Positions 10,585-24,133 of a stretch of DNA of 64,000 nt are shown one piece after another. Where the stretch lies: positions 34,534,001-34,598,000 of the forward strand of contig CM060734.1 of assembly GCA_030704615.1 (NCBI GenBank), written 5' to 3'. Numbering within the stretch: the stretch's first letter is position 1; each line of letters begins with the position of its first letter. The stretch is from Takakia lepidozioides (lineage: Eukaryota; Plantae; Bryophyta). The notes below the pieces were generated by a model, which made no database searches, was not told the origin of the DNA, and was given only the letters and a program-made list of their open reading frames with translations. The translations under genes and the position numbers were made by a program.

Positions 10585-12843
10585 CTGGCTTAATCTTTGA
10601 ATATGCAAGGCAGTCCCGGGTCAAAAAGATGTCGTAGTTACTGCCAAACACATGCCAATTAGAAAGGAGAGAGCCCATCCTTGCTCGGACAGGGTCCAAG
10701 AAAGATGATGTTGGCTTGCTGGTCTACCATGTCTATCAAACAATACATATAAGAGAAAGATGTAGAAAATTGCAGAGATGAGGATAAAGTAGTACAAGAA
10801 GGAAAACCAGACCAGGAGAAAAGAGGGAAAGTAGGCTCAGTCCCAGACATTACCGTAGTGGGATAGCCGGTTAGGCACTTGCCTGCCAAATAATTATTTT
10901 TGGGGCCATTTGGTGGTTAGGCACTTTTGAGAAATGTTTTTAAATTAGGCATCTTGGATGTGTATTTTTTTCAAATTAGGATCTAAACATAATGACCACA
11001 AAATAAATACAAAAATATAAATATACAGCCGCTGCTATGGATGAAAAATGAAACTGAGTCCATGGATGACGTTTTAAATGAAAACTCAGCCGCTGTTATC
11101 GATGAAAATTGAAACTGAGTCCATGGATGACGTTTTAAATGAATATCATTTTTAATGTTGTTCTATTTTATATTTGTTTTTAAATTTGAATTCAAGTTCT
11201 TTCTACCATAGGCACTCTTTCAAGATAATTTTCTTAAATTAGGCACTCTTGTCAAAGATAATTTATTTTGATTAGACACTTTTGTTTCGAATTAATTTTT
11301 GCCTAACCGGCTATCCCACTACGGTACATCCAGAATGCTCTCAAAGCAAGACAAGCAAAATATAATAAAAAGACAGAAAAGGATATAAACAGAAGAAATG
11401 TAATAGGACGCATTGATAACAGACCTGATACCAATGCTATCAGCCGAGACAAGTTCCCTCCATGGCATGCCATGTGGTTTCCAGAGAAGTAGTAACGTCA
11501 ATGTCAAGTACCCCTTTGGCATCCATTGCACTGCTTGTTGTGCCAACACCTGTTACCAGCCAGAATGAGAATTTCAAGACATCAGACAAGGAACCAATTG
11601 AAGATCAAAGTGGCTTCAATACAACATTCTGAAGGGTGCCCAACCAACTTTTAAAGGTTAGAGGTAACCAGAACAGGTAAGGAGTCAACCTGTGTGCCGG
11701 GTTGCAATAGGAAAATGAACCAAGTAGAGGTCCAAATAGTCCAACTGCAGATTCTTCAAGCTGTCCTCACATGCCTCCCGCACATGCCCATGGTCTGAGT
11801 TCCAGAGCTGCCACCCTCCCCAATGCCATACCAATTCAAACATTTGTCTCTGATTTGCTTCCAGCACAGTTTTAACGTTTTAACCACTGGCAACATCTTT
11901 ACTAGGTGGGAGGCCAAAAGTGGCTGTTACATGCTGTGGCTAGGCATACAAATGGAAGTCTCAAAAATTTCAACATGCTAACAGCTAGGACATGGATGCA
12001 AACATCGGGTACCTTGGTAGTGATGAAAAGGTCTTGGCGCCTGACTAGGCCTTGTGCAATGCCATCTGCTAGGGCTGCCCCAACCTCCTTCTCGTTCTTG
12101 TACTCAGCTGCAGCAGCCTATGCCCATACATCAGTATCTCACCAATCCAACTCAAGGATTGTCCTCCGCTTGCAACGGCTTTGTGGCGGTATGGACTGGG
12201 TGTGTGAACCGAGCGAACAACTGTACGCTTAAATCTGGTGCTGACCACACTGGGATCACCAAAATAAATCCTGGCAAGGATTTGATACTGAAAGGTTTGC
12301 TGAATGACAAATTGCATTTTTGGACAAAAAGTTGAAAACACGCTGCGTAGGTTCACAAGCTTCTAACCATGCAGAGTGTTGGAGAACGGTGGTAAATGAG
12401 AAACCTCAAACTGGATCAACGATGAAGCCTTAACAAGGGAATCAATGCTCCACTGAGACAATGTCATATCTTAAAATGGACAATGGCATGCGGTGGATAA
12501 GACAGAGGGAGGCGGCGAAGATGTTGAAATCCAGCCCCAACGATGAACTCGTCTGCTAGCTACAAGTTTTTCCAGCTGCGAACACATGCTTATGCGGTGT
12601 GGCTTTCATACAGAAAAGCACATTCCAATGTCGCCGTTAATCTTTACCCACCAATGCACCAGCAACAGAACACACAACTGTCACAGTGAGTTTTCCAAGC
12701 CAAGAGGGGTACCAGCGGCATCGAAGTGACGATAACCAAGGCGCAATGCCTCCAGGATGACCTGGTGCAGCACTCCCGGGTCTCCCCAACCCCACCACCG
12801 GCATCTCGTGCCCATTACTAAGCTCTATCACCCTGTCCACCAT
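10585..12843 (-). pseudogene. Aldo-keto reductase (S6PDH/M6PR-type) 5' half: exons 12843-12713, 12107-12013, 11807-11690, 11549-11425, 10640-10585
   Basis: MVDRVIELSNGHEMPVVGLG..LRLGYRHFDAA / EYKNEKEVG..RQDLFITTK / [23 protein letters not shown] / SLETTWHAME..SIGIS / NYDIFLTRDCLAYSKIKP; all introns GT-AG; frameshifting lesions in exons 1 and 4. Confidence 0.9.
10853..11324. mobile_element. Tc1/mariner-type MITE in AKR intron 4
   Basis: Perfect 25-bp TIR CCGTAGTGGGATAGCCGGTTAGGCA; TA TSD at 10851-10852 and 11325-11326; AT-rich interior. Confidence 0.9.
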
Positions 12844-15800
12844 CGCTCCCCTCTCTCTACCTCCACAGATTATCTTTCACACCTTCTTGCCACCAATTTC
12901 TCAAGGACTCCACGCCCTCCTCTCTCCTCTCAACCATCGCAAGCTTGCTTTTTGAGCCAGTCACAAGCATTTGAAAGGCAAAAAAAGGAAAAACAAAATT
13001 GGCCTATCAAAAGAAAGACAGTGACCAAAAACTGCCCGTCACAATTTTTATTTGTTTTTCTTTTTTTTTCTTTGGTGAAAGGGGATGAAGCCCGCCTCTC
13101 ATTTTAAGATAATAGGGTCTTCAATGGGCACGTGCGATGTGGCCGGTGGGCCCCGCGCACGGACGCCCGGCTCCCCAGCACCCCGCCCGCCGCTGCGCGC
13201 GGTCGCCCAGCCGCAACCGCGGCTGCAGCAACCGCGCCCGCGCCCTCGTCCGCCGCGCGGCCAGTCCCCCGCCCATGAGTCCGCTGCCCTCCAGTCCGCC
13301 AGTCCGCTGCTGGCCAGTCGGCTGCCCAGCAGTCTGCCAGTCCGCTAGTCCGCTGCCAAGCAGTCCGCCAGTCTGCCCGACAGTCCGCTGGCCAGTCCCC
13401 TACCATCCAGTCCTATGACGGCGCAGGATCGTCACCGTCCATTCCCATAACCCATCCGAGCCCTCCATTTTTAGGGCTGCAATTCAAACCTGCATCCATG
13501 CCGCCTGCCACTTGCCAGCAGCCGCGAACGTGCGCACTGTTCTCCTGGCACGTTGTCGATCGTGTCTTGTACTGCGGCGCGTTTCTTGCATGTTCAGAAG
13601 CGTGTCCTTTGTATTGTATAGGGCATGGACGTGGAAGCAAAACCCGATGATATACTGATCACGGAAAGCCCGCTTATACGGCCTCTTCGACAATGTTTGC
13701 AAACAGCAAAACCAGGACCCTTCAACAGGAAGGATCTCCATTGGAAGAGTGAGACATAATATGGGTTTATGGGTGTGCGAGTGAATGTTGAAAATGCCTG
13801 CATACCTTGGGATAGAGTTGGTGACTTCGTCCTGGGAGAGGAGAGTTTGGAGGACTACCCCACTCAGTTTTGGGTGAATGTCCATTCTAAAATGGAACCC
13901 GGCTCGCGAAAAGCACCCAGAGCCAACACATTTCTGTTCAGTATTATGTGTGCACCATCCTCAGTCCTTTTGACGTTTCATTGCATGTCTGTTGCCATTT
14001 TTTGTTTCACGAGTTCTCTGATTTTATGCTTCCTCAAGTCGTTGGATATCGATTTTAGAATTTTCTGTCCAGGTATCAATGCTGCTACGGTCCTGATGAC
14101 AAGCGCACCAACAATGCAATAGTGGAGGATCCAAAACAGAAGCGTGGAGGACCTCTTGTGGGTGCTGGAACATCTTGCCCTCATAAAGGCCCAAGGAGAA
14201 AGAAGTCGGAGTATGGAGAGTCTTACAAACGTGGTTGCCAATGCTATTTCAAGGTCCAACAATGCTATCTCGCCCCTGACATCTGTGTCCTCACGTACTA
14301 CAACAACATGGAGCATACAGATGCGCAAGGGAAACCCTCGCTTGGGAAATCCGCAGAGTTCATGAACACCCGCCACGCCTATGCACCACACATTAGCGAG
14401 GAATTGAAAGCCTGGGTCGTCGAGTGTTTGTACCGAGGCCTGTCGGTCGCCCAAATCATGATGGAGCATAAAGAGCACGTGATGAACAACACCGGCTTGG
14501 GCGGTGCATGGACCCGCGATGATTTCTTGTTGGAGCAAGTTGTTCGCAACCTTGCCGAGAAACGTGCGTGGCAAACCTTCAAAAAGCACGCCGATGATGC
14601 AGAGAGTGTGTGCATGTGGAGAGACCAAAATCATGCGTCCGTTTTTTTCTATCAAGATGAGAAATTAGAGCCAACATTCGAGCATTTTGATGGAGATTTG
14701 ACATTCACTATTGGCATACAGACTCCGTGGCAGAAACGACGAATGCTGGAACTAGGACATGCCCGTATCGTTGCATGTGATGCAACCTTTGGGACAAATC
14801 ATGACAAGGTACTATTCGAACGATTCCATGGACTTGTACGAGCATGATAGCATAGTACCATGCAACATTCACATAATATTTTGGTGTGCTGACCCTTTCT
14901 GTATGTTTAGGGTTGTGTACGTTGCGAAAGACCGAGAGGCAGATCCATTGTGAACCACTACAGACCTCATCACTCTTATGAAGTCTTCTCATGCAGAACT
15001 GAGCGGAATTTGCATGCTCTGACCATCTTACATTGTGCATTCCAACAGTTCCCATTGTACACGTTGATGGTCTTCGACGAGTGGTTGAATGGTATACCAG
15101 TTGCCTATATCCTATCCGCGAGGATTTGGACAAAAGACCTGGTTCCGTGGATGAGAGCCTTGCGCGATTCACTCCTCGCAGATTTGCCGAGCTGGTGACC
15201 CAATGCCTTCATTGTGGACGATGCCGAAGCAGAAATCAACGCTATTCGGTAAGTCTATTGGTCCACAGCACCGGTCCATTGTCGAAGTCCACTGCAGCAG
15301 TCCATTGCTACAGTCCACTGGCAGACTCCTGTGGCGAAACCCGATGGCAGTTCGCTGGGAAAATCCACTGGTAGTCCGCTGTCAAGTCCGGTCATCAGTC
15401 CCCTGGCAAGTCCGCTCGGCAGTCCGCTGCCAAGTCCACTCAACAGTCCCTGGGGTTGGCCGTCCGCTGCCAAGTCCACTCGGCAGTCCCTGGGGCAGTC
15501 CGCTGCCCTAGTCCTAGCTAGGGGAAGTCCAATGGGGAAGTCCACTGGATAGTTCAATGGGGTTATTCCAACACATCAACGTCATGGCATTGTACTGTCC
15601 ACTGGGCGAGTCCAGTGGCTCTACCCGCTGATACAGGTCGCTATTACAGTCCACTCCGGCAGTCCACCATTGCAGTCTGATCCCAAGACTCTAATGTGTA
15701 CCATGTGTGTTGTGCAGAATTGTTTTTGAAGGAGTACTCATTTTCCTCTGCCTTTGGCATGTCCGCAAGGCATGGGTGAAGCAATCATGCAAGAAAACAA

Positions 15801-16057
15801 AGGATCCGGTGACCGCTGTAAACTTGTTGAAGGATATGGGAGACCTCATGTACTGTAGAGGGGGACCACGCAACGAGAAAAGAGCGCTTCGGTGGGTTGC
15901 AAGGAGAATCCGTCGTATGAGGTCAAAATACCCGAAAGGACATGAATTTCTTGACTATATCGAACAGTACTGGAAGCCCAAAATAACAATGTGGTGTACA
16001 GCAACCCGCAATGTCCCTCATGCGAGCCAAGACACAAACGCAAGCATTGAGGCATAC

Positions 16058-16794
16058 TGTCGCGCACCTCACTTCGGTAAGCTCCCATTCAAGTCATAGT
16101 TACTCGCTTTGATGCGCGCGCCTGACTCCCAACCTGGCCGCCCGGGCCAACTTGGAGCTTCGGCTGCTCACCGGGACATAACGGTCCCCCTTCGCTTCCC
16201 ACTAAACCCTCCACCTATTTGGGACTAGGAGAATTCCCTTTGGTAGATGGCAGTCCGGAACAGCTCCCCACTCTTTGGTCGCTTTCCGGCTCGCTCGCTT
16301 ACGGCTCGCTTACTCACTAGTTTTTGGTCACCAACGGGCTTGCACCGTTCTCGGGGTCACTACTCCCTATATATACTTCTGTAGCTGTCCGCGGGGGTTT
16401 CACAACCAGCCATGCCATTTTATGGCGAACCACCACGAAACCCTCGACTCCCGGTGATGAGTCGCGGTGAGTCTTGGCCCACTCACCACGGCCCCTATGG
16501 ACCGTGATGAGTCCCAAGACTCCCCACGACTCCCACCACGAGGTCTCCGCCCCCATGGTGAGTCCTATGCCACCCCCACTAAGTCCCGCTAAGCTACCAC
16601 CACCCCTTGTGGAGCCACCCCCACCGCAACCCGGTGTGCGGGGCTCCACCTAGTGAGCGCCTCCGCCTCCTTGAGTGCCTTGGGCACTCAAGGGTGCTTC
16701 AGCCCCCCATACCTATCGCTGCCGCTGCCCCCACCACAGGGGCAGCCCCTCATGTGTCCCGACCCCCCTGCCCTCAAGGCAAAGGGCCGCGACA
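16058..16794 (-). repeat. 3' LTR
   Basis: Near-identical to 22276-23006; purine-rich tract (GGTAGGGGTGTG on minus strand) adjacent at 16795-16806. Confidence 0.95.
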
Positions 16795-17644
16795 CACACC
16801 CCTACCAACAGGGAGTCGATGTCCTCATCGACTTGTCCATTTTGTAGAAACGAACATCCAAGTTGTGGCGTCCCACATCAAGGAGTTTGTTTCCGTACCA
16901 TGGCGTCCCATGGCAAAGAACCAAACCCCACACTTGACTCTACTCTCCACTAGCTAGTTCGGCCGACTTCCTCCAAGTCCCGGCCAAGGGTGGAGCCTCT
17001 CCAGCTCCTCCCAGTGCACTCTTCTTGGCCTACTTCAAGGCCAAGGAACGATCCTCCCCGAGGATCGAATCGCCTTACTGCAACAACATTGCTTGCGATC
17101 GCTCATGATGCCGCTTTTGGCATCACCTTGAGCAAGGGTTCACCTGGAACCCTCTTTGACTAGGAAGATAACCTTGAACCAACCGTGCGCCCCAATCACT
17201 ACAATTGGGTCCGCCTTGGAATGCTGGCCTGAGGTACGGGAACACGCCGAAGCCGCACTACGACTTCGTCCCGAGGCTACACGATTATAGTACGTGAACG
17301 GAAGCACGTAGCTTCCGCGTTAGCCCGCACTACAAGGCAACCCCCTCGGTAGCGCAGTTATAGTACGCGCACGCGCCAGGTGCGCACTAGCACGTGAACT
17401 CCCAAAGAAGGCGCAAGTTTCCTTGCCCCTTGGATGGGGGTCACCCGATTTCGGCACTACGCAAACACACGATTAACCCAATTTACCTCTCCCACTTTTA
17501 TAAGCTAGCATGCATTCTACACACTAGCCAACCATACCATGCATCACCATTCCAAACAAAATAGGACGCACAACATTTGGAACCCATTTCCTTTATAACA
17601 AATTTTGTACAATACAAGTTTTTGCAATCGGATTCCTAAGCTAG

Positions 17645-20600
17645 CTAAGCCGGGCTAAGCATGCATTTCCTCCCCCACGCTCCAAGGTTGATCCCCATCA
17701 ACGCTTCTCGCCCTTCGAAAGCTGCAACCGCCTCGGATGCGTTTCCCATTTCTGAGGCACGCACCCAAGATGCCTCCACATGATGATAGCCCTTCCATTT
17801 GACGAGATACTCCGTTTCTCGGTTCCTGAACCTCCTCGACTTAAGTATTGCCTCCACCTCGTACTCAGGTTCATTTTCATGATCCAACAGCATAGGTGGC
17901 GGACGCAACACTTGATGCCGATTCGGACGCGCTTCATCTTTGAAGTAAGGCTTCAAAAGGGAGACATGGAATACTGGGTGCACCTTGCTGTTTGCCGGCA
18001 GCTCCAATTCATACACATCCTCATTCATAACCTTCCGAATGCGAAAGGGTCCCGCATACGGAGGTACGAACTTCGGACTCACTTCCGGAGGTAGTCGAAA
18101 TTTTTTGATGTTCAACCAGACCTCTGTGCTGCCTCAAACTTCACTTCCCTCCGCTTCCGATTCGCCTGCCTTTCATACCGTTTCCTAGCTTTGGCAATGT
18201 TGTACTTTGCGAGCTTCAACAAACGCTCGCGTTCTTCCAGTACCGCCGCTACTGCCGGTTCCTCAACGTCCTGGGCGGCCCAACTTGTCGGCACCAGAGG
18301 TGCTTTTCCATAGACCAATACGAAAGGGGAAACTCCCGTTGCGGAGTGTTCTGTGTTATTATAACAGAACTCTGCCGCGTCTAAGTGTTCCATCCAGTCT
18401 AATTGGTCTGCCGACACGTAATTCCGCAAGAATTGCTTCACTACGGAATTCACTCTTTCCGTTTGGCCGTCCGTCGTAGGTCGGAAGGCGGTGCTCATCT
18501 TCAGCCTCGTCCCCATCTTCTTCCAAAGTGTCCTCCAAAATTTACTCGTAAACTTTGGATCGCGGTCCGAGACAATATCCTTCGGGACTCCATGATGCTT
18601 TAAGACGTGGGCGAAGTAAAGTCGCCCTGTCTCCTGCGCCGTTGCGTCTCCTTGGTGGGGATGAAATGGCCCATTTTACTGAACCTATCCACCACCACCA
18701 TGATTGCATCGAATCCTTTTGACAGCGGCATAGCAGTCATGAAATCCATCGAGACGCTTTCCCAAGTCCCCTCTGGAATCGGCAAGGGTTGTAACAGCCC
18801 CGCTTGCTTTTTGTACTCGCTCCGGTTTTGTTGGCATGTGGTGCATGTCTTGACATACTCCTCTGCCTCCTCCCTCAGTTTGGGCCAGAAATACTCTTTC
18901 TTCAAGAGTGCCGCAGTGCGCTTGGCTCCGCCGTGGCCCGCAAGCGGGCTATCATGGCATTCTCTCAAGAGGCTATCTCTGATCCCTCCCTTTGGCACGT
19001 AGAGACGTTTTTGCTTATACCGGAGCAGTCCATTTTGCAAGTGGAACTGCGATTTAACCCCCATCCTCAAGTCCTGCATCACGGACTTCGCCAGCTCATC
19101 CTTCCGGCAAGCCTTCCGGATCTTCCTTTGGAGCGCCGTCTCGCCCTTGTACACCAACAAGAGCTGCTGCTTTCTACTTAAAGCATCGGCCACCACGTTG
19201 TCTCGTCCCGGTTTGTACTGGATATCCACGTCGAACACCGCCAAAGTATCTTGCCACCTAAGTTGTTTTGGGGACAACTTGGGCTGCGTGGCAAAATACT
19301 TCACCGTGACATTGTCCGTGAACACCTTCACTGGGTTGGAACCAACATAGTGGCGCCAAGCTCAAGACAGTGCACCACCGCCTTCATCTCTTTCTCGTGC
19401 GTCGGCCACCGTCGCTCCACTTCATTCAGTTTCTTACTTTCGTAAGCCACTGGACGTCCATCTTGCATCAGTACACCCCCAATCGCGAAGTCCGACGCAT
19501 CTGTATGAATCTCAAATGGACGATCGAACTCCGGGATTTTCAAGACTGGAGCTTCCGCCATCCGCTGCTTCAATTCAGCAAAAGCTTGGCCACAAAATGT
19601 TCCATACCCAGACTTTGGATTTACACAGAAGGTCCGACAGCGGCCCCGCGATCTTGGCGAAATTTCTCACATACTTCCGGTAATAGGAGGCGAGTCCTAG
19701 GAAGGATCGCACTCCCGGGACCGAAGTCGGAGGCTCCCAGTCCAAGATCGCCCTCACCTTTCTGTCATCCATTTTGATCCCATCCTGTGTAATCACATGC
19801 CCCAAGAACTCCACTTTCGTGACCCCGAATTCGCACTTTGAAGCTTTGGCATACAGCTTCCTTTCCCGTAACTTTTGGAACACCCTTTTGAGGTGATCCA
19901 GGTGCTCCTCCTTTGTTTTCAAGTACACCAAGATGTCGTCGATGTACACGATCACAAAGTCATCCAACCACTCCTGAAAAGGCTGTTCATCAGCGTGCTA
20001 AATGTTGCTGGTGCATTGGTGAGCCCAAAAGGCATCACCAAGAACTCATATGAACCATACCTTGTCCTGCACGCGGTCTTCTCCTCATCTCCTTCCGCCA
20101 CCCGAATTTGATGATAGCCGGAGCGCAAGTCAATCCGGCTGAAATACTTCGCTCCTGCCAACCGGTCGAAAAGGTCGTCGATCCATGGCAAAGGGTACCG
20201 GTTTTTAATAGTCACCTTATTCAAAGCCCTGTAATCGACACACATCCGCAGCGTCCCATCCTTCTTGTCTGCGAATAGCACCGAAGCTTCGTAAGGTGAC
20301 TTACTCGGCCGGATGTACCCCTTTGACATTAGATCCTTGAGCTGAGTCTTTAGCTCGACCAACTCTCTGTGGCTCAACCAGTAGGGCGCCTTGGCAGGCG
20401 GTTCCGATCCCGGTATCACCTCAATCTTGTGGTCAACTCCTCTTCGCGGTGGCAAGCCGCTTGGTAAATCCTCCGGCATCACATCCTGGTATTTCCCCAA
20501 AATCCCCTTGATCCAATCTGGGCTCGGCTCCCCATCGCCTTCTCCCTTCACTTCTCTAATGTAAAGCAAAAACTGGGGCTCGTGTGCCTCCTCCACGGCC

Positions 20601-22220
20601 CACTCTCTTGCTGACAGAAGGTTTATTCGCCCTCCCACGGATTTGGGCGTTTCCGACACTCGTAAGACCTCGCCACCATTCCCACATGGCAACGTGACTA
20701 CTCTCTTGCGGCCATCTATGACCGCTCCGGATTTGCTCAAAAAGGTCATCCCCAAAATGAGATCTACTCCATCGATCTCGTAGATGGTGAAGTTCTCACG
20801 TCCCTCCCAACTCCCCAGTTGAAGAGGAACATCAAACGCCAACCTTGTCGCCAACTGTGGTTCTCCTTTGGCAGAACGCACCTCAATAGAGGCCCCCACG
20901 TCACTTGTCGGGAGTCCCAGCTTTTGTGCCGTTGCCGGTGTCATGAAGGAGTGCGACGCTCCTGTGTCCACCAACAACGACACATTAGTTCCGGATATTA
21001 TCCCATCCACGAACAATAACTGACTCCCTTTTCGTAAGGCGCCAGTTTCCTGATACAACTCACAAGAAAATTTGCCTACCTTGCAAGTCCTGGCGACCAC
21101 CGCTTCCACCAAGCGACTCATGGTATCTTCCGACAGCTCCGTGGTTGCCCGAGTCATGTTCAATTGCCGGGGCTTCGTGCACTTCTTGGCCATGTGCCCG
21201 GGCTCCCCGCAATTGAAACACACTCCATCAAAGGTCGCCTTCTGTCCGCCATAAGCCGCTCCACCCGCTTTTCCTTTCGAAGCACCGGGTGCCGCCTTGA
21301 TGTGTGAAGGCCCTCCCTTCGATTTCCACGTGCCATTGTCGCCGCATGGCCTATCCCACTTCTTTTCCGGTCGGAAGGAGTCACCTTCCCGCCGGGTCTT
21401 CTTGTGATTCAGCTCCGTACGGCCTTGTCTCTCACCCCTAGGGACATCCGAGAAACATTCAGCCCTCTCAATTGCCTCGTTCAAAGTCTTGGGTGGCTTC
21501 TCCTCCAACTTCCGCCTGGCCCATGGGGCCAATCCTGCCACAAAGTTGAAGACCATTTCTGGTTCTGCCATGTCCACGACTTCGAGCAACAGCACATTGA
21601 AAGCCTGGACATACCCCCGAATGTCATCTGTTTGCTTCAAATTCCTCATCTTGTCCCGGGCAAGCCAGGACGCGTTGAGGGGCACAAACTGTCTCTTCAT
21701 CAATTCCTTGAACCCACTCCAGTTCAAGGTTTCCGGACTTGGACCTCAGTCGTGAAGGCGTTACTGCCACCATTGTTGAGCATAGCCCCTCAAATAGGTG
21801 GGAGCCACTTCCACCCGATCCTCGTCACTCAACTTGGCCGCCCGGAAGTACTGCTCTAGCTCCAAGAGCCTTCCGATTTTGGACGCCCTCGAAGGTGCCG
21901 GGTTCATTAGGCTTCACCTTAAACTTTGCCTTAGCGGGAGTGGCATTAGCCGCCTTCAACACGTCTTTCAACGTCCCGCCAAACTGCGCCAACAACCCTT
22001 CCCAAAAGGCTGCCGGCGTGGGAGGCATCTCTTGGTTTGTCGGAGCTCTCAAGGATTCCTCGAGCTCCTCGGATTCCTCCCGCTCTTGAGCGGCCTCGTT
22101 TTTGGAAACATGCATCGCTTCCTCAAACAGCCGCCTCGGTGACACGTCGCCCCCATCGGGCTCACCAGGGTCATCATCTTTTGGGCTGTTCCGCTTTCGC
22201 TTTGGCTTGCCCGACCCCAT
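17645..22220 (-). pseudogene. gag-pol polyprotein, several 1-bp frameshifts
   Basis: CCHC knuckle [14 protein letters not shown]; protease LVDTGASH; RT YIDD; RNase H TDASD; integrase HHCC and DDE core; chromodomain EYEVEAIL..YLVKWKGY..SW. Confidence 0.95.
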
Positions 22221-22261
22221 GATGAGGCCAATCCCAAGGACGATCGCGTACTGAACTCTAA

Positions 22262-22273
22262 GCTCTGATACCA
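22262..22273 (-). promoter_or_regulatory. Primer binding site, tRNA-iMet
   Basis: TGGTATCAGAGC 2 nt downstream of the 5' LTR. Confidence 0.92.
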
Positions 22274-22275
22274 AG

Positions 22276-23006
22276 TGTCGCGCACCTCACTTCGGTAAGC
22301 TCCCCTTCAAGTCATAGTTACTCGCTTTGATGCGCGCGCCTGACTCCCAACCTGGCCGCCCGGGCCAACTTGGAGCTTCGGCTGCTCACCGGGACATAAC
22401 GGTCCCCCTTCGCTTCCCACTAAACCCTCCACCTATTTGGGACTAGGAGAATTCCCTTTGGTAGATGGCAGTCCGGAACAGCTCCCCACTCTTTGGTCGC
22501 TTTCCGGCTCGCTTGCTTACTCACTAGTTTTTGGTCACCAACGGGCTTGCACCGTTCTCGGGGTCACTACTCCCCTTATATATACTTCTGTAGCTGTCCG
22601 CGGGGGTTTCACAACCAGCCATGCCATTTTATGGCGAACCACCACGAAAACCCTCGACTCCCGGTGATGAGTCGCGGTGAGTCTTGGCCCACTCACCACG
22701 GCCCCTATGGACCGTGATGAGTCCCAAGACTCCCCACGACTCCCACCACGAGGTCTCCGCCCCCATGGTGAGTCCTATGCCACCCCCACTAAGTCCCGCT
22801 AAGCTACCACCACCCCTTGTGGAGCCACCCCCACCGCAACCCGGTGTGCGGGGCTCCACCTAGTGAGCGCCTCCGCCTCCTTGAGTGCCTTGGGCACTCA
22901 AGGGTGCTTCAGCCCCCCCGTACCTATCGCTGCCGCTGCCCCCACCACAGGGGCAGCCCCTCATGTGTCCCGACCCCCCCTGCCCTCAAGGCAAAGGGCC
23001 GCGACA
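22276..23006 (-). repeat. 5' LTR
   Basis: Near-identical to 16058-16794. Confidence 0.95.
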
Positions 23007-23871
23007 CATACCATGGAAATCCGAAGGCAAGACTTGCCATGGGGAAAGGCAAGATGAGTGGTCGTAGAGTGGACTGGCTTATATGGGAACTCACTGGCCG
23101 TGTGCTAACACACTACTGGTACGCAATCCATTTGAAGACCCACGGGTTCATAAGAAATGACAAACACGAAAAGTACATATCCAGTTCTATACTTGCGGCA
23201 CGAGACATTCCTGTTGAGAGTGTTACTCTTCCCTTGGGTCCTGGTGAACCAGCCTACGTTCGCAGCAGCAACCACCCCGGCACAACATACATTGTTTATA
23301 ATCCTGATTGCGATTGGGGTTGTTGCACGTGCCCATGGGCAATGAAGGGAAACTTATGCAAGCATCAGGTCCGTGTCCTGAAGATGCTTCACCCTGACCT
23401 GCAGGATGGCCTCCTTGTGCACGCTTGTGGCACGGCGCTGGGAACCATTCATGGAGGATTACCTAACTTGCTCTTGGGCAATGGTGCCGGCGGCATCGAC
23501 GAATCCAATCAGTTCATGGAAAGACATCCTCCGGACGACTTCCCCTACGATGAGGCACCTCTGGAGGTCTCAGCCTCATTGGAACAAGAATTCGCGGACA
23601 TACTTCGCATTGTAGGTGATGACAAATACCTGGAGGCACATGCCCGATCTGCTCTTCATATGTGCAGAGGGCAGCTCGTTGATATCCTGGCGAAAAGTGC
23701 GGCTGGAATGTTGCACCCTGCGGCAGCGAAGACTTTCCGTCCTCTGAACGACAACAACAACATGTCTCTGAAAAGGAGACGAGATTTCGTGGAGGCCTGG
23801 AAAACCCGGCCTAGGGTTTTGCGGAGAACCAGCAAGAGGGTGTCTGCACTTGCACCTGCAGCACATATATA

Positions 23872-24133
23872 CTCGAAAATTTGCAAGGTTTCAGGTCGTG
23901 TAGATGTCATGAAGAAGACAATATAAGTCTGCAATGCCTCGAAAACAGACAAGGTTTCACGTCGTGTAGGTGTCACGGAGAAGACAATATAAGTCTGCAA
24001 TTCCTCGAAAAGAGACAAGGTTTCATGTCGTGTAGGTGTCACGAAGAAGACAAATAAGTTTGCAATTCCTCGAAAAGAGATAAGGTGACATGTCGTGTAG
24101 GTGTCACGAAGAAGACAATATAAGTCTGCAATT
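23872..24133 (+). repeat. Tandem repeat of about 66 bp, about 4 copies
   Basis: Unit TAAGTCTGCAAT..CTCGAAAA..GTCGTGTAGGTGTCACG.AGAAGACAATA at about 23924, 23990, 24055 and 24121. Confidence 0.9.

Larger units (their letters stand above)
16058..23006 (-). mobile_element. Full-length Ty3/gypsy chromovirus LTR retrotransposon (Galadriel/Tcn1-like)
   Basis: TG..CA LTRs; 5-bp TSD CATAC (16053-16057, 23007-23011); PBS; PPT; gag-PR-RT-RH-IN-chromodomain order. Confidence 0.97.
13625..23926 (+). pseudogene. Mutator-like (MULE) SWIM transposase; exons about 13625-13947, 14073-14808, 15049-15248, 15718-16057 plus 23012-23926; interrupted by the chromovirus
   Basis: KRGCQCYF..H (WRKY/GCM-like finger), ACDATFGTN..FPLYTLMVFD, FIVDDAEAE, LCLWHVRKAW, QDTNASIEAY|HGN, SWIM CTCPW..GNLCKH; premature stops at about 13758 and 15196. 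Confidence 0.88.

Noticed and set aside
13085-13418. GC-rich ORFs here and antisense ORFs over 25900-28900
   Set aside because: By-products of CAGTC repeats and antisense shadows of the real reading frames.
22817-23926. 369-aa ORF as an independent gene
   Set aside because: Chimera of LTR sequence and the 3' part of the interrupted MULE transposase.
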